From: Raillietiella orientalis
Taxonomy: Eukaryota
Assembly: GCA_036172245.1 (NCBI GenBank)
Contig: JAYWIR010000001.1
Location: 7,006,001-7,070,000 of the forward strand
DNA: 64,000 bases
Reading direction: 5' to 3'
Position numbers and translations under genes: made by a program. The notes beneath the pieces were generated by a model. The model was not told the DNA's origin, ran no database searches, and saw nothing but the letters and a program-made list of their open reading frames with translations. Shown one piece after another: positions 50,750-64,000 of this stretch. Within the stretch, counting starts at the first letter, position 1. Every line of letters starts with the position of its first letter.

Positions 50750-53330
50750 CGTCTGGATGTTGCAGGAGTAGCATCCCGATCTCGGTTCTCGATTGATGGC
50801 ACGACCGTCCGCCGCAGCGTATCTTGGCTATCAGAAAATGGAAACTTGACGGAGTAGAAAGCAGGGTTTGATTGTGTTCCATTCAAAGCCTTCGTAAGCC
50901 TCCGTTCCGTGCGTGCATTGGTTGGTCGCCGGCGTAATTCGGAGGGATAATTCGTGTGTTCCATGTGTGCGGACTTGCAGTCATGCTCCTGTGGAGGCTG
51001 CCGCGAAGACGTTCAGACGAAGACGTGACTGTGAGAACCGAATGCAAATCCCTTTCCGAGATCTGATATTCAAATCTCAGCGAAACGTAAACTCCCGCAG
51101 TTCTCGCCCGAAGCCGAAACAAGCTGGAATTCGCGTTGTTCCCGTTTCATCCCGCCGGAAAAATTGTACGGAATACACTTAGAAAAAGAGAATGTACAGA
51201 AGATGTTTAAATCTGATGCTGACCTTCGTCACCAGCAAAGGATGACGAGGATTTCTGACTAGACTCTCTCGGCTGGAAAAGTCGACCTCTGTTGGCGGGA
51301 TGGTTTCAGGTTTCGTTCCGCCCATGCAGTGGAAGAGCTTTATTCTGCTGTGCTGAGCGGAAACTGCTTGCCTGAATCATCTCCCGTGACCTGCAGCGAG
51401 AAGCACAGGAGGCCGTGAGATCAAACGGTTGCTGATAAGGCCAGAAGCGCCATGTTCGTGTAAGCTTGTTTGATCTGGGGGCTGGTGATCAGTACTTCCA
51501 GGTACTTCCTCCGTGTAGGAAGCGCTGTGGGCTTTTCTTTCGTAGTTGCGTGAGCGGGAACCGATTTCATGCTTCATCTGCAGCTTCCACAGGTGGGGAG
51601 ATCACCGACACAAATAGGGAATTCCCATTCCCATGATTCCGCGAAATCAGACTGCGCCCAGTTTTTCGCTTCTGATGCTTTTTTTTTTTTTTTTTGGAAA
51701 CAAATTTAAGGGAAGATCAAAGTTCCTCAAATCTTTGGAAATCAAATCAAATGTTTTTATGTAAAGTCTTCGACTTTTAGATCTTTACTGCAAATCTGCA
51801 CCGAATTTCTTGCCGCCCGTGAAAAAAAAAAAAAAAACCCTGCAATTGGTACAGGTTTGGGGATTTCGCAGGTCTCTCTTGTTTTTCCGTTCCTGACTTA
51901 TACACTCGGATGGTTTCCATCAGGTGCACTGCATCAGAAGAATTCTTCAGTGCGGTGCCTGGCATCTTCCTCGTTATGGTGATCGCCTTCGCTCTCACTC
52001 AAACTTCTCACGTGTTTTCGATAATTACTGACACCATCTCACGTGGCACCATTCTCCTCTTCGTTAGGATAAATTTGTGGAGGCTCTCCATGGCGGTAGA
52101 AGAGGCCAAAGAAGAAGGAGGAAGAGGAAAAGAGCCGGGTTGGATTTAATGCAATCAAGGCAATGTACCTGATTGAATCGGGATCCCATCAAGCATGAAA
52201 TTTTCGCGAGTGAAAAGGAACTGGGAAAGATTGCAGCGGCCGCAAAGGCAAACTGTGTAAAGTTGAAACCATCCAAGATGCGAAGAAGGCCCAAACTGCC
52301 CGTGACTTCAAGAACCGTTTCTTCTCGAACGGCATCACATCCGATGGATCGAGCTCACCGAAGGTGCACTTAGCAAGCACGATTTCGGTCAGTAGCTCGA
52401 GATGACCCCGACAGCAAAGTGCATTCTGGTGCCAGGGTTTGCACGTATCGCCGAAGACTCAGTGTGCGAGGGCTCAGAGTCACACTTCCAGGGGGAAGTC
52501 CGGAGGAAGTCGGCTCCAGCTGCAATCTTCGATTCTTGTAGGAACGCTGAACGTGCAAAGTCTCTCAAAGACAGGATCAGCAAAGAAGCCTGTGGCCAAT
52601 TGGGGCTGGTATGAAGTACGAGGCAATTCCTCCTTATTCCTTTGGCTTCTTGCTCCTTGCTCCTTTGCCGGCTGGCTCCTTTCAAGGTTCGCTAAGAAAC
52701 TCAGAAACCGTCCGCCTCTTAGAAGCGTCTCGCGACGATTCCTCCACGATGTCGCCACATACCGAGGAGGGAGGGGGGCTATCAGCGCTACCTGAGGTTG
52801 CGCGGAACTCGGACAATCCCCGACGGGACCATCCCAATGAATTCGGCCCGTTCCTCCCTGACTTTTGCGGTGGAACCCTCTCCTGGGTTCACTTCGGGGG
52901 AAGGGGGGGACGCTCCTGATTTCCTCTTTGGAGGTACCTTCCGTAAAGGATTCGCTCCCTGCTTTCTCCTCTGAACAGAATCCCCAAGGGATGCTTCCCA
53001 TTTTCTCTAAAGGGTCGCTCCCCGAAAGGTGCAGCACGCTTTTTGATACTCTGGAGAGGTGTCAACCACTCCGTGGCACGCGATGGAGGAATCCCGAGGG
53101 GAGGAACGGCGCCAGTTTCACAACCGAAGAAGAATCCCGAAGGGAACCGGTGCTTCTTGATTCCTCGAATGACCCCGGAGCCGGTCAACGGGGGCATCCG
53201 GAGGATTCCTTCTTCCACCAGTGCGAAGCCTACTGGTCGGCCTGAGGGGGAGGACTCCAAACCCACAACGCTCTCATTTCTAGGCGCCGATCCTTCCCCG
53301 GACGGAATCCGAACCCGCGACGCGTGGCGT
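50750..53330 (-). mobile_element. Degenerate Tx1/L1-like LINE fragments
   Basis: 52920-53325 is homologous to 1000-1470. RETLLRGGRFLSFLANLERSQ resembles GEK.T.FF.NLEK (~52680-52745). ERDLHSVL and PFSDS resemble endonuclease GDFN.VL and SDH (~50820-51065). Confidence 0.55.
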
Positions 53331-54133
53331 CACGCACAGACTCCACATCAAGATCACGTGACACCGATGCATAGAGCACAAATAAATGCACTTGAGCAAA
53401 ACTTTAACAGGATCTGCCAGGAGACATTGTAATGATGGGATCCTTCAGCACTTGCAGCTTGCAGAGTTACGAGTATTCCTTAATGTATACAGTCGGCTCC
53501 CGTATAACGCGGGGAGTATGTCCTGCGGAGTTATGCAATCTGCGTTGTACGGGTCCTGTGAGTTTACAGATGGACGATATGATACAGTAGCATTCATAAA
53601 AGATATCCCATGTATTTTAGATGTTCTAAGCGTGGAATATCTGTCACTGACTATTATATTGAAGAAAAAAATTGTTTATCACTCATTTAAGTTAAATTTT
53701 TAAGAAAAAGGTTGCTTTTGCACCTTCGTTGAGATTTAGTGAATCGAAGCAATTCCACGGTTTCGGCTCTTCCATTTCCGTTGTAAAACGCATCTTCTTG
53801 CACTGTTTTGTTCACGAAATTTCACTGAAAGGGAGCTCAAGATAAGCAAGTCACCTATTCTTTTCAAAAACAGCTGAGCTCACAGCTTACCACGGAATGA
53901 AAATTGATCCACAGCTTGTTCTGTGGGTGTGATGTACCGCTCCGTACCAGGGCCGTGGCCGTCTGTTTGTCGCGTTAGTGCGCATCTGTGCCATACGGGA
54001 TCTGCTGCATGCTGTTTTATTCCTTTGGCATTGTTTTTATCGTTCCTAGCAGGAAAGGAACACTGGCCATCGTGGACTGGGAGGTGACAGAAAACAGACC
54101 AAACTGAAGAAAGGGACTCCCGGCAGCCCACCC

Positions 54134-55484
54134 CAGCGCAATAGTCCTTTCCGGTGGGACACCTGGGGTCGCAGCGTCTGTGAGCTGGCTCGTGGTCCAA
54201 CCACCTAGTTCCCTCGTCTTTTGACTGAATTCGCAACTGTCTTCCCATTTGGCTAGCTGGTTACTGCCCATGTGCTCCCTGAGGAAGGGCAGTGCCGATA
54301 GGGATAGGGAGACTGCGGATAGGGAGGTTCTTTGCACCTACGCACACGTCCTGTCCACGGCTTGCATCACGTCCTCAGCCACCTCCAAGCCCACCATCTC
54401 GAGCGTTCCACTTCTAAGAGGATTCACTGAACCTTTCGAACGCTTTTTGTCGTGCCTTCATTCTGTCTTTTAGTTCCTTTGGTTTATCACCCTGTCACTC
54501 CGGGACACTTGTTATAAGAAAATAATAAGCATACATGTGTAGGGCCATTGACCCTACATTGTCCGAAAATGCTCGGAACCTGCCGAGTAAGCGGAACGCA
54601 AGCCGGCGAGCTTCGGTTCGGCAGCGGGGGAGGAGGGGGCAAACAGAAATAAAAATAAAACAACAAAAAGATACGAACAAAAAAATTGGGGAAGTTAGGG
54701 AAGGGATCATCGGGAGCTGGAGGGCGTCCTCTACACCCTTTCCAGGATGCCGGCAAGTTCGATCCGTGTATGCCCCAGGTGGGGCCATCTTGCTGCCGTC
54801 TGCAGGGAGTGCGGGGCGGAGCAGATGGCGTTCCTAGCGTGCCGTTGCTAGGGCTGCTTGGCTCCAGACCGCCACAATCCCGCGTAGGCAGCAAGCAGCT
54901 GCTAGGGCTGCAGCAGGCGAAAAGGCATCGCGCACGAAGAGGCGCTTCATCACGTCCCTGGGATGGTCCGTCGGTGTACCGAGCGCCGTTGCGTAACGCA
55001 ACCACAAGGGCCGGAGGACAACACAGTCTACGAGCAGGTGCGAGAGAAACTCTCGTTCACTCATCTGCAGCAGTTGGTGTCCACAGCCCCCCGGGTCCAG
55101 TGCGAGCGGCGGGCGTTGCACGCTAACAGCGCAAGTGCCGACTTCTGCCACATCAGGGGGAGGAATCACGGTTGTTGTTCAGCGCTGGGGACCGCTCGAC
55201 GTCTTCCTGTGAGAATCCCTGCAGCTCACCGCAGCGCAATAGTCCTTTCCGGTGGGACACCTGGAGTCGCAGCGTCTGTGAGCTGGCTCGTGGTCCAACC
55301 ACCTAGTTCCCTCGTCTTTTGACTGAATTCGAAACTGACTTCCCATCTGGCCGGCTGGTTACTGCCCAGGTGCTCCCTGAGGAAGGGCAGTGCCGCGGCT
55401 AGGGAGGTTCTTTGCGCCCACGCACACGTGATGGGCTGCACGATGACGCCCTGCAGCGCACTGAGGTTCTTTAGTTCCTTTGGT
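54134..55484 (-). repeat. ~200-bp direct repeat pair (54134-~54350, 55232-~55430), possibly a hAT dimerisation-domain remnant
   Basis: Anchor cagcgcaatagtcctttccggtgggacacc at 54134 and 55232 (offset 1098). Minus-strand AATPGVPPERT resembles hAT PATSVPSER. Confidence 0.9.
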
Positions 55485-55869
55485 GTTCCACGTTAGTTGC
55501 GCCGTGCACGCTTGACACCCGGAGGGAGTGGGGAGGCGCCACAAGGATTTCCTTCCTGAGAAACCGCGAGACCAAGGCGCAGGGAGCGTTCAATCGCCAT
55601 CCGTGAAGGTTCCTTGAACATTCAGCTGCTCCAGGGCAAGCAGAGAGGAGCATACATCCTCTGGAGGAATTCAGAGCCTCTGCGGACCATTTCGGGGAAG
55701 CCAGAGCGCTGATCTCGGTACTTGCTTCCCATTAAACCTCGATTCCACCATCTCCATTGTCCCATCTCTGCTTAGTTTTCCAGGCAACACTCATCTCCAA
55801 AGAGATTAGTTCAAAAGAGAAAAATGAAAAAAAAAGAAGGACTCCTTCTATTGGCTTCAAGAATTCATT

Positions 55870-56860
55870 TGTTCTCGATTGCCAGGCCTAAAAATCTTGC
55901 TTAATGGTTCTTTGATTTCGTATTACTGAGTACTGAAATGCAATGTGCTTGGTTAATCCCCTTGAACTTTTTCAACACTGAATGTAAATCCAGCTGCTGG
56001 TTCAACGATGAACTTTCTTATGCTTGACAGGATATGCAACCAAGAAAAACACACAAAGTTGAAACGACCACGCGAATCATGTGCGGATCACCCCACATCA
56101 GATTCTTCAACCATTTCTGATGTGCAGATCCACTCTGCCGACGAGCTCTGCGATCTGAAAACTATCACATGAGGAAAATTTTCATGTTTCTGACTCGAAA
56201 CGAAACAGTGCTTCTCTACATAGGAGCTACTTTCTGCTCTTCTTTGCACGTAAGAGTACTGCTTTCACATTTTCAAAAGCATTAGTCAAGAAAACAATTA
56301 ATGATTCCAGCATTCATTTCCAATGCAACATTCACTTCCACGCATCACCCTCTGATTCAGTTTCTCTTAAAAGTGATGGCACTGCCATCAACAAATGCCA
56401 GACATCATCAGAATTTTCCACTGCATTGATGAAACCATCAACTTGGGAGCAAATCAGATAATTCCTTGCTAATTGCTGATATCATATTTGCATTATTCGG
56501 AGAAACTGAACTGTCTTGCTTGGCTTCAACAGCCACATTAGAAAGGAAATAAGAGTACCCAACGATTTTCAGGAACTCCTCGACATTTTGGATGGTAACT
56601 TCTATCTCCATTATGACCTAGACGACCTTGACCCCTGCAAGAAATTTTGCAAGCACATGAAACTTTAAGCATCATGTACTTACAACTCCCCCTTTTTTCA
56701 CTCAAAAGTGGTCCCCATGTTTTGCAAATATTTTTCGGAGGGAATTTTTTTCATTCAAGAATGCTTCATGATTCTGGATGTATCTGACAATTTTGCAAAG
56801 ATCATGGAACAAACGCTCTGCTTGCGTGTCATCGCCACGCAGCACTCCAGGAAACGAACA
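55870..56860 (-). mobile_element. Possible decayed hAT-like transposase
   Basis: LCKIVRYIQN upstream and KWLKNL...P....V...L...ISC...LHS..K downstream weakly fit a hAT layout; stops in all frames. Confidence 0.25.
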
Positions 56861-57399
56861 AAAAAAAGGCAATGAGGTAATCATCACAAAATGGAAATCT
56901 AATCATAGGACTGGCTCAATGTTCTCTGTTTATGCTAAGGGTCTGAAAAAATTCACAGATTCTGACACTTTACTCGTACCACTGAACAGTAAGGGGAAAA
57001 AAGCACACACAAAAGAAAACAAGAAAAAAGGACCTCCGGCTTTCTATTAACTTCGACTCCACCGTCTCAAGGATACCTGTGAAAGGTCGCCTGCTGCACG
57101 CCAAGGAAACCCATCAATAACAAGGCAGAATAACCTATCGGCAACCTATTGCCGGCGAGCGGCAACGCTAATAGCCGTTGTCCAACACGCAAGTTCTGGA
57201 ATGTTCTTGCGCTTGGAAGGGAATTGCTTGGCGTGAAATGCCTTTCGGCCAACGTCGAAGAGGAAAAGAAACGAGGAAGAGGTGCGCCGGTCTGGACGCT
57301 CTTTCTGCTCGGGCAAGTGGATTTTAGAGATCTCGTGTGGGACGGGAGCGAATGGAGGAATCCATCACCCGGTCACGCAGGGGTGTTCATTCGATAGAG

Positions 57400-59400
57400 C
57401 GAACAGGTGGGGAGGGCGATTCCCCGAAGGGAAACGGAAAGAAGCTCTCCAGGAGAGGGAAACACCGACACACGCAGGGCGGTCCGGAACGGGTGAAAGG
57501 GGACAGCAAATGAATGAATAAAGGGAGGTGGGGCACAAGGGTCTTTGACTTCGACCTGTCCCTTCGTTCTAGAACCGGCGCCAGAAGCTGGCAATCTCCA
57601 TTTCGACTTCCTCTCCCTTTCCTTTCCCATCATCTCACGGCCGTCCACCACGTAGGTGGCTGCCAAGCGTGCGACCTCTTCGCCCGAAGCTCCAGCGCAC
57701 TTTGCATCGTCGCAACCAACGGCGTCTGCCGGAAATCCGCCGCAGCGCGAAGAATCGCCACGGGCGGTATGCTCCTGGTGCAGGAGCGCTGAAGACAGCC
57801 TCCGCCACAGTTCGAGCAGAGCGTCGCAGCCCAGCAGGAAGAGGCGCGGGAACGACTCGTCGATCGTCCCGCACCTGGGACAGTTCGGAGGGCTGCATGT
57901 CGATCCCCCGGAAACGAGGTGCAGAAGCTGATCGCAGTGGAGGCTCCCAGGGAACACTGAAGTGTTCCGACGCAAAGGAGGGACCGCCATGGAGAAGCGG
58001 GAATGGAAAGAGGTGCAGCAATCAGCTTGCCAAAGAGCGGCCACATCTGTTCCGTTCCTTTTCTCTTCTTCACCCGTTTGCTCCAGTTCTGCTTTTCGGA
58101 TGGCTGGCCACTTGCTTGCTTGTCCTTGCGAAGAAACATTCTTCTTCCTTTGCACCTGGAGATCCGTGGCGGCTGCCAAACCACTATTGGGTCTTCGGCT
58201 TCTCCCAAAGTCTGCTGTACCAGTGCCCGGAACTACTTCAGACCCACCGGGCCTCCCTAGGCGTTGCCTCCTGCTGCAGAATCAGCGAACGGCGGATGCT
58301 GTGTCACTCCTGAATCGAACTTTGAGCCGAATGGGTGCTCGTCTAGGACATGGGAGGGGAAAGGGGAGGGAGATATCAGGAAACTCGGCTTCCCTTTGGG
58401 GGCTGTCGAATGCGAAGGGTTTCCGGTTTCGGCTCGGCTACAGCCACAGCTTGTTAGATGCAAACCGGTCTGGACCGGCGGACACACTTCCCTTCCGCGG
58501 GCAGCCCAGGAAGATGCTTAGAGGTCAACAATCACGACGCGCTTCACTCCTATCCTTGTCGAAAGGATGGAAGAATGGAGAGTGCAAACGGCAGCGCTTC
58601 GTCGAGAACCCTCGTAGATGAAACTGCGCGGACTGAGATCCCGGGTGATCCTACCGAAGATCTCCAGGGAATCTTCCAAAGAACTTATATGGCGACGCCC
58701 TGAGATGGCGCCAGGCTTCGGGCGTGCATCAGTGGGATGCGCTCGTAGCTCGCGTCCGGATGTCCCGGTGAATAGCTGGGAATTGGGAGTGTACCTTTCG
58801 GGGTTCCGACTCCCCGCTTCACGCGCATCTCAGTTGCGTTGCAACGGGACAGCGAGGCGCTGTTAAGCCAATCAGATGGGGTGAAGCAGCGGTTCTTGAG
58901 TACTTGGCGAACCGAGAAAAAGAAAACCGAAGAGAAAACAAGAACTGGAAGAACGTGGGGGCAGCAGGTCTCAGGATTCCAGCAACCTCCCCTTGAGGGC
59001 CTCCAAGTAGGAAAACAAAGAAATAACTCCCATGTGATGAGAAACCAGCCCCGGAAGTCTCTGGTTGCCAAGCAAATGAAGAGGCTACTGCTCCTTTTGG
59101 GATGGCGGTTCCTCGGAAGGGAGGCATGGGTAGGAGCGAGCTTCCCAGGAACCTAGGAACCTGGCAACGGAGCAAGGATTTTGGATGCTCGGAAAGCGGA
59201 GCTTCGTTTTCGGTGTGCATTCCGGTGCATCATTCCCGTCTTCCAACGATTCTCAGCAATCCTCAGCAAGAGGAGCGGAGAATCCGAGTTGTGTGGGAAA
59301 AACCTCCGTACGCCTAGGCGGAGAGGCATGACGCCATACTCTTACTGCAGAAAAAAATCATCTTCAGTGAAAATGAAGATGTGATTTTCGGTCCTCACAT
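57400..59400 (-). mobile_element. Degenerate Tx1/L1-like ORF2 (RT and C-terminal zinc finger)
   Basis: RVKRGV (RT GVRQG region, ~58810) followed by SPPNCPRCGTIDESFPRLFLLGC..LLELW, the zf-RVT pattern CPxC...ES..HLF..C.....W (~57800-57900). Confidence 0.65.
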
Positions 59401-61549
59401 TCGGCAGTTGGAACTCTAGGATGTAAGGATTAACAGTTCAGGGTTTTCTGGACGCGGGAGGCAAGAATGGGATGCGTCCTTCCATGAGCCTCTCTCAAGG
59501 CATGGAGAGCTCCAGAGTGTGAGCTCGGGCGAAAAAGAAAATTCGTCTTCTCGAGAAAGGAGTGCTCCTCGTGCGTGCCCTGGACCATGCCGAAATCACG
59601 CAAGTTGCGCAAGAGTTTTCGGAACGACTCGGAGGCAAAGCTGGCGGCGACCTCCAACAGTTGGTCCACCACCCTCTTGGAAAGTCTCACTCCACGACAG
59701 GAACCTGCTTGCCTTCGATTGCAAGCCACCTCCCAAAGGATTTGGCTCCCTAAACTCCAAGGTGGTCTTCGAACGATAACGGTTTCGACCTTGAGATCTC
59801 TTTCATTGTGGAATTGTCTCAAGAATTCATTCTTGCTTGCTTCGAAAGCCAAGTATCATTTAAAAACCTGCTTAGTGGTTGTGTAGTCGTAAAGCAGGAG
59901 GGGAGTAGGAAAAAACGGATATAAGAAATCAAAAAAGCAGTAGAGCGAAGGCTGATTTTTTTTTTTTTTTTTTGGTTTCATTGATTGCCACCAGGTGTGG
60001 TGAATAGCTAGAGTTCGTCGGGACTCCTGAATTGAGACTGACTTGTTTTCCTTCTATTTGATTCCACATTGGATTCTAGCAGTATATATAGAATAGTGGA
60101 AAATGGTCAAACACGTGTGAAGACACGGGTGGTTCACGGGTGTTCGCACCGGCATACCTTTTTGCCTTTTCCCTCGGATGTTCCTTCATGCGGATCTTCC
60201 GTTGAAGCCTTGCGTTTAATCCTCGATGAAGAAGAAACTGAAAAGAACACACCGCACCGGTGTAAGTTGCTGTTATGCTTTTAGCCTCTGAATTCCAGAG
60301 TCGGCATGATGGAATCCCAACTCCGATTTCGGCACGAAATCAAGCTTTGCTGGAAGACGCTGCAAATTCCAGAGCAAGCTTTCATCTCGCCGGATTTCGT
60401 TTGTTTTCGTTCTGATCTGCTTTGAGGTTTCGCACGCATTCCAGCGCATGGCAAAAAACTCTTCATCGGTAATTCAGAAAACTGAGGGCGAAGTTTTGTG
60501 GTGAGCTGGTGGTAACCCTGCTATGCTGCCTTGTGAGGTGGGTGCCACGCACATGTCAAATGTCGTTAAGCGGTGAATTTCGAGTAACGACAGAAAGAGT
60601 ATGTGAAAATCTGCACCGGAAAACAGCTTCACTTTCACCCACAATTCGAATGTCCAACTAATTAAAAATACGCGATAATTTTGTTTGCTCATTTTATTGA
60701 GAAACTTAGCTTCGGAAACGGGGAGGCAAAGATGGAACATTTAAATGATTTGCAAGCACACGAAGTGGCTACTTGCACGTATGTGCTTATCGTAAGATCC
60801 ATTTCCTTATTTTTCCATGTGATGTAGTATGAAATTCACACATAACATGCAGCGCAGCGGTCTTATTTTTTAAGTATTGCATTGCCGCATCGTGGCACCA
60901 GTGGCAGGCGTGTTCTGGTTCGTCTTGGCACGCGAAAAATCTTCTCTTTGCCATCGCGTTTGTCCTAAGAGTCTGGAACAAACGCGGCTTGTAAGAAAGG
61001 ATTTTGTTACTGCAACTGGAAATTGAAAAGCATCTCAAATCTCTTCATGGACTCGTTCCACTTCAATCGAATTGCAGTTCAGGCTATGTGGTACGAGGTC
61101 CCTTGAATGCTGCTGACGTGCAGCAACGAGGTTCCCTCTTCACACTTACGTCTTTCGATGCTACCAAACGTAATTTGCATGCAGGTATGGACCTACGATC
61201 TTCCTCGTGTCAGTGAACGACGACTGAACTACGCTTTGGTGACACTACAAACAAACAAGGCACGTACATAATCATGAATATCGAGGTTCATTGGACTACG
61301 CCAGAGGAGACTGAATGAATGCCTCCTTTCCGCAGCTTTAACATGGATGCTCGGATAATCCATGCATTATGGAACATCGGGTGATCATAATTCAAAGAGG
61401 ACAAAACCAGAAACCATTTACCCCGAATTCCTATAGCCAAGTGCAAACTGTACTGTTATCTATTGATTCATTTATTTATACCACTCGAAATGCTTTGGTA
61501 TGTTGCATAACCTCTGTTCTACTAGGAGGTTTCCAGTGCGAAGCAAAAC

Positions 61550-62110
61550 TTAAGCGACCGCACAATTTTTCGTGAGCCACTGGATCGACATGTATATGGA
61601 ATTTGGTACACAAAGGGAGCCGTCCCATGTTGACGCGAACAGGCAATTCACCGTGGGGAGCGAATGGTGCAGCAATAAGGCGTCCTTGTTAGCGTCACTC
61701 ATCTCATCTGTGCGAGAGAGAAACCACACGGTTGGATTCTGTTGCACACTTGGGAAGATACGCAGCATCCGTTCTCTTGGAAACCAACGGACCTGTTTGC
61801 CAGTCTTACTGTAGAAGGGCTTTGCTACACACGGATTCCCATCCTGACTTGGAAATCACGGATTTCAGAAGCCACAGATTTCCAGCCTCTGCGCCCCCAA
61901 CCGATTCGGAACCCACGCGTTTTCTCGGAATTGATTACGCAATCTTTCGGGAGACGCAGCAGCGAAAACACCTGGCCCGGGGCGTGCTCTTGGTCTGGAA
62001 GTGTTGCCAAGTTCGGAGTCCATGCAATTTCCGTCTACGACCCCAATTTGCGAAATCAAAGTTCGAAGTGGAGACCCATCTCGCCGCTCCCTTTTCGCAG
62101 AAAATTTAGA
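61550..62110 (+). mobile_element. Degenerate LINE RT fragment
   Basis: TRFLGIDY (~KYLGI) preceded by a weak FTV...LLASL segment. Confidence 0.3.
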
Positions 62111-64000
62111 GCCGCGTAGATACCTGCGCGAGGGCGCACCCTTACTTTCGAAGGGTTCTCCCAGCATGCGTTCTGATGATCCCGCAAACTCGTGAGTTGG
62201 AATTTTTCCTTCAGCTTCCCCAGCGAATTACTGCGTTCCGATTGGGCGCACTCGTAGGTTGACTATCGTGCTTTGCAACCCGAGATTTCAACGCGGACAA
62301 AATAGGGAAGGATATATATATACATATATAAAATGCGCTTCTCGACGGTTAAGCGATCCACGAAGACTTCTTCTTCCCCGCATCCTAGCGACAGGAGCTC
62401 GCGACCCGCTTCGTGCAAAACTTTTACCGAGGGAATTTTCGTGGATCTGTCGGGTAGACGCACCTGGAAGGGCACCCGATCGAGTCTTGGCATTCTCAAC
62501 TCTTGATCGACAATTTTTCGAGCGCTGCTGCTTGGAGTTTACTGCCGCAGCGCCTGTGATGGAAAAGCGGACGGATGACGCCCGCAAAGTAGGGGGGGGA
62601 AGGAGGAGGGAGCTGCGCCTATTCCACTCCCTGCCTCCGCCCATTTAACACACTGCTTCAGCAGGAAAACGATCTGCAGACCTGGAACGAAGCTACCTAC
62701 AGGAATCTTGGACCGTGTCATCAACAGTGGTGCTACAAAGACAATAAGCGAAAGGTCACTCTGGGTCAGAAACCTATGTCTTGTGTATTTTTGGCGCTGG
62801 GCAATTCAATGATGAGGCGCGACAACACGAATTACATTCCTTGTAAATGAAAAAAAGAGAGAGAGAGAGAGATGCTGCTTGGAGACGGAAAAGTTTCCGT
62901 TGCTCAGATGGTCTCGAAGCGCTAGAATCGCAACCCGGCAACGTGGTTTCGAATAGCTTGACGTCACTTCAAGATGGCTCTTTACACACACACCACGAGA
63001 CGCGACGTCGTGTGCGCGCGCGGGCGTGTGTTTGATAATCGCCCACGATAAGAACGGGTAGAAATCGAGTTAGCAGGAAGTAAACGTCTCCGAGGAGGAC
63101 AGTTTACAGCTTCAGAGCCGGAGCAGATTTTTTCCGCTCTCAAATGACCGATTTTTCCTTCTTCCTTTTTCAGAAGGGTGGTGCGTTTTACCAACACTAA
63201 GAGTCACCTGCAATATGTAAAAAACCGTATTCTTATTGCGAGCCACTTCTTCTCCTCCCCCCTTCCCCGCCCTTTGAAATAACCATCCCACTGCGATATG
63301 CCTCCGCCAGAACTACGGGCAGCCTTCTGGTTGACTCAAGGAAAGCTGCTGAATGAAAATGACTTCTAGATGCCTAGACGCACCAGTTTTTATGGGAACT
63401 CGCTTTGCGACACACACAGACACGGGCCTAGCACGCCGATTCCCGATGGGGAGGAGGACCAAACCATGAGAAGATGCAATGAGCTCGAGGCAACTTGATC
63501 CTCACATAGCCCCGTTCTGATACTTCAGCTGGAACGTGGGCTTTTCGGAAGGATGGTACAGCACAACAGGAGGAATCAACTTCTTGCCCATCACATGCGG
63601 CTCCAGATCTTCACCTCCGTAAGTGATCAGGGGAGAAATTTCACAGACGGGCTCATCTTCGCAAAACTTCTGGCTGGGAACGAAAAAGGCAGCTGTCAGA
63701 GTCACGGCGAAGAGGGACGCGCGGGGGGCGCGAATGGAACACGCTGAAGACTGAAACTCACCTGCCGTCCACCAGGAGCCCGTCTCCGTTCGGGACGCCG
63801 GCACTCGGTGGCAACCTAGCGTGCAGGGTTTCCAATGAGAAAGAATGCAAAATTTCTAAAGGGCTCAAGCGAGTGCGCTCTCGCGGAACCGTTCAAACGA
63901 GCGTCGAAGCAGCGTGGATTTGTTTACCTTGGCGCAAGAGGTATCGTTTCACCTCTTTCGTCCACGAACTTGCCCCCGGCCGCCAGGATGAAGCGGCGAT

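Noticed and set aside
1-64000. CRISPR arrays, rRNA or prokaryotic operons
   Set aside because: None seen; spliceosomal introns and animal genes show the DNA is eukaryotic.

Overview
Eukaryotic (invertebrate animal) genomic DNA; the short 37-81 nt introns and TTTCAG-type acceptors are nematode-like, but the taxon cannot be fixed from this window. An AT-rich gene island (~22-49 kb) lies between two GC-richer graveyards of old transposon fragments (mostly Tx1/L1-like LINEs, plus mariner, Tigger/pogo, hAT and probably Crypton remnants). The island holds a spliced TOGARAM/crescerin (CHE-12-like) gene on the minus strand that seems reduced to one intact TOG domain, a five-exon HYLS1 gene on the plus strand, and an intact intronless CRIPT ORF. 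CRIPT appears inserted, with an 8-bp direct repeat on each side, into an exon of a decayed MEI1-like meiotic gene that lies head-to-head with HYLS1. An EXOSC2/RRP4 pseudogene fragment, a 101-bp inverted repeat and two direct-repeat pairs with ~1.10-kb spacing lie in the transposon-rich flanks. All protein identifications are by-eye comparisons with family sequences recalled from memory; no search was run.
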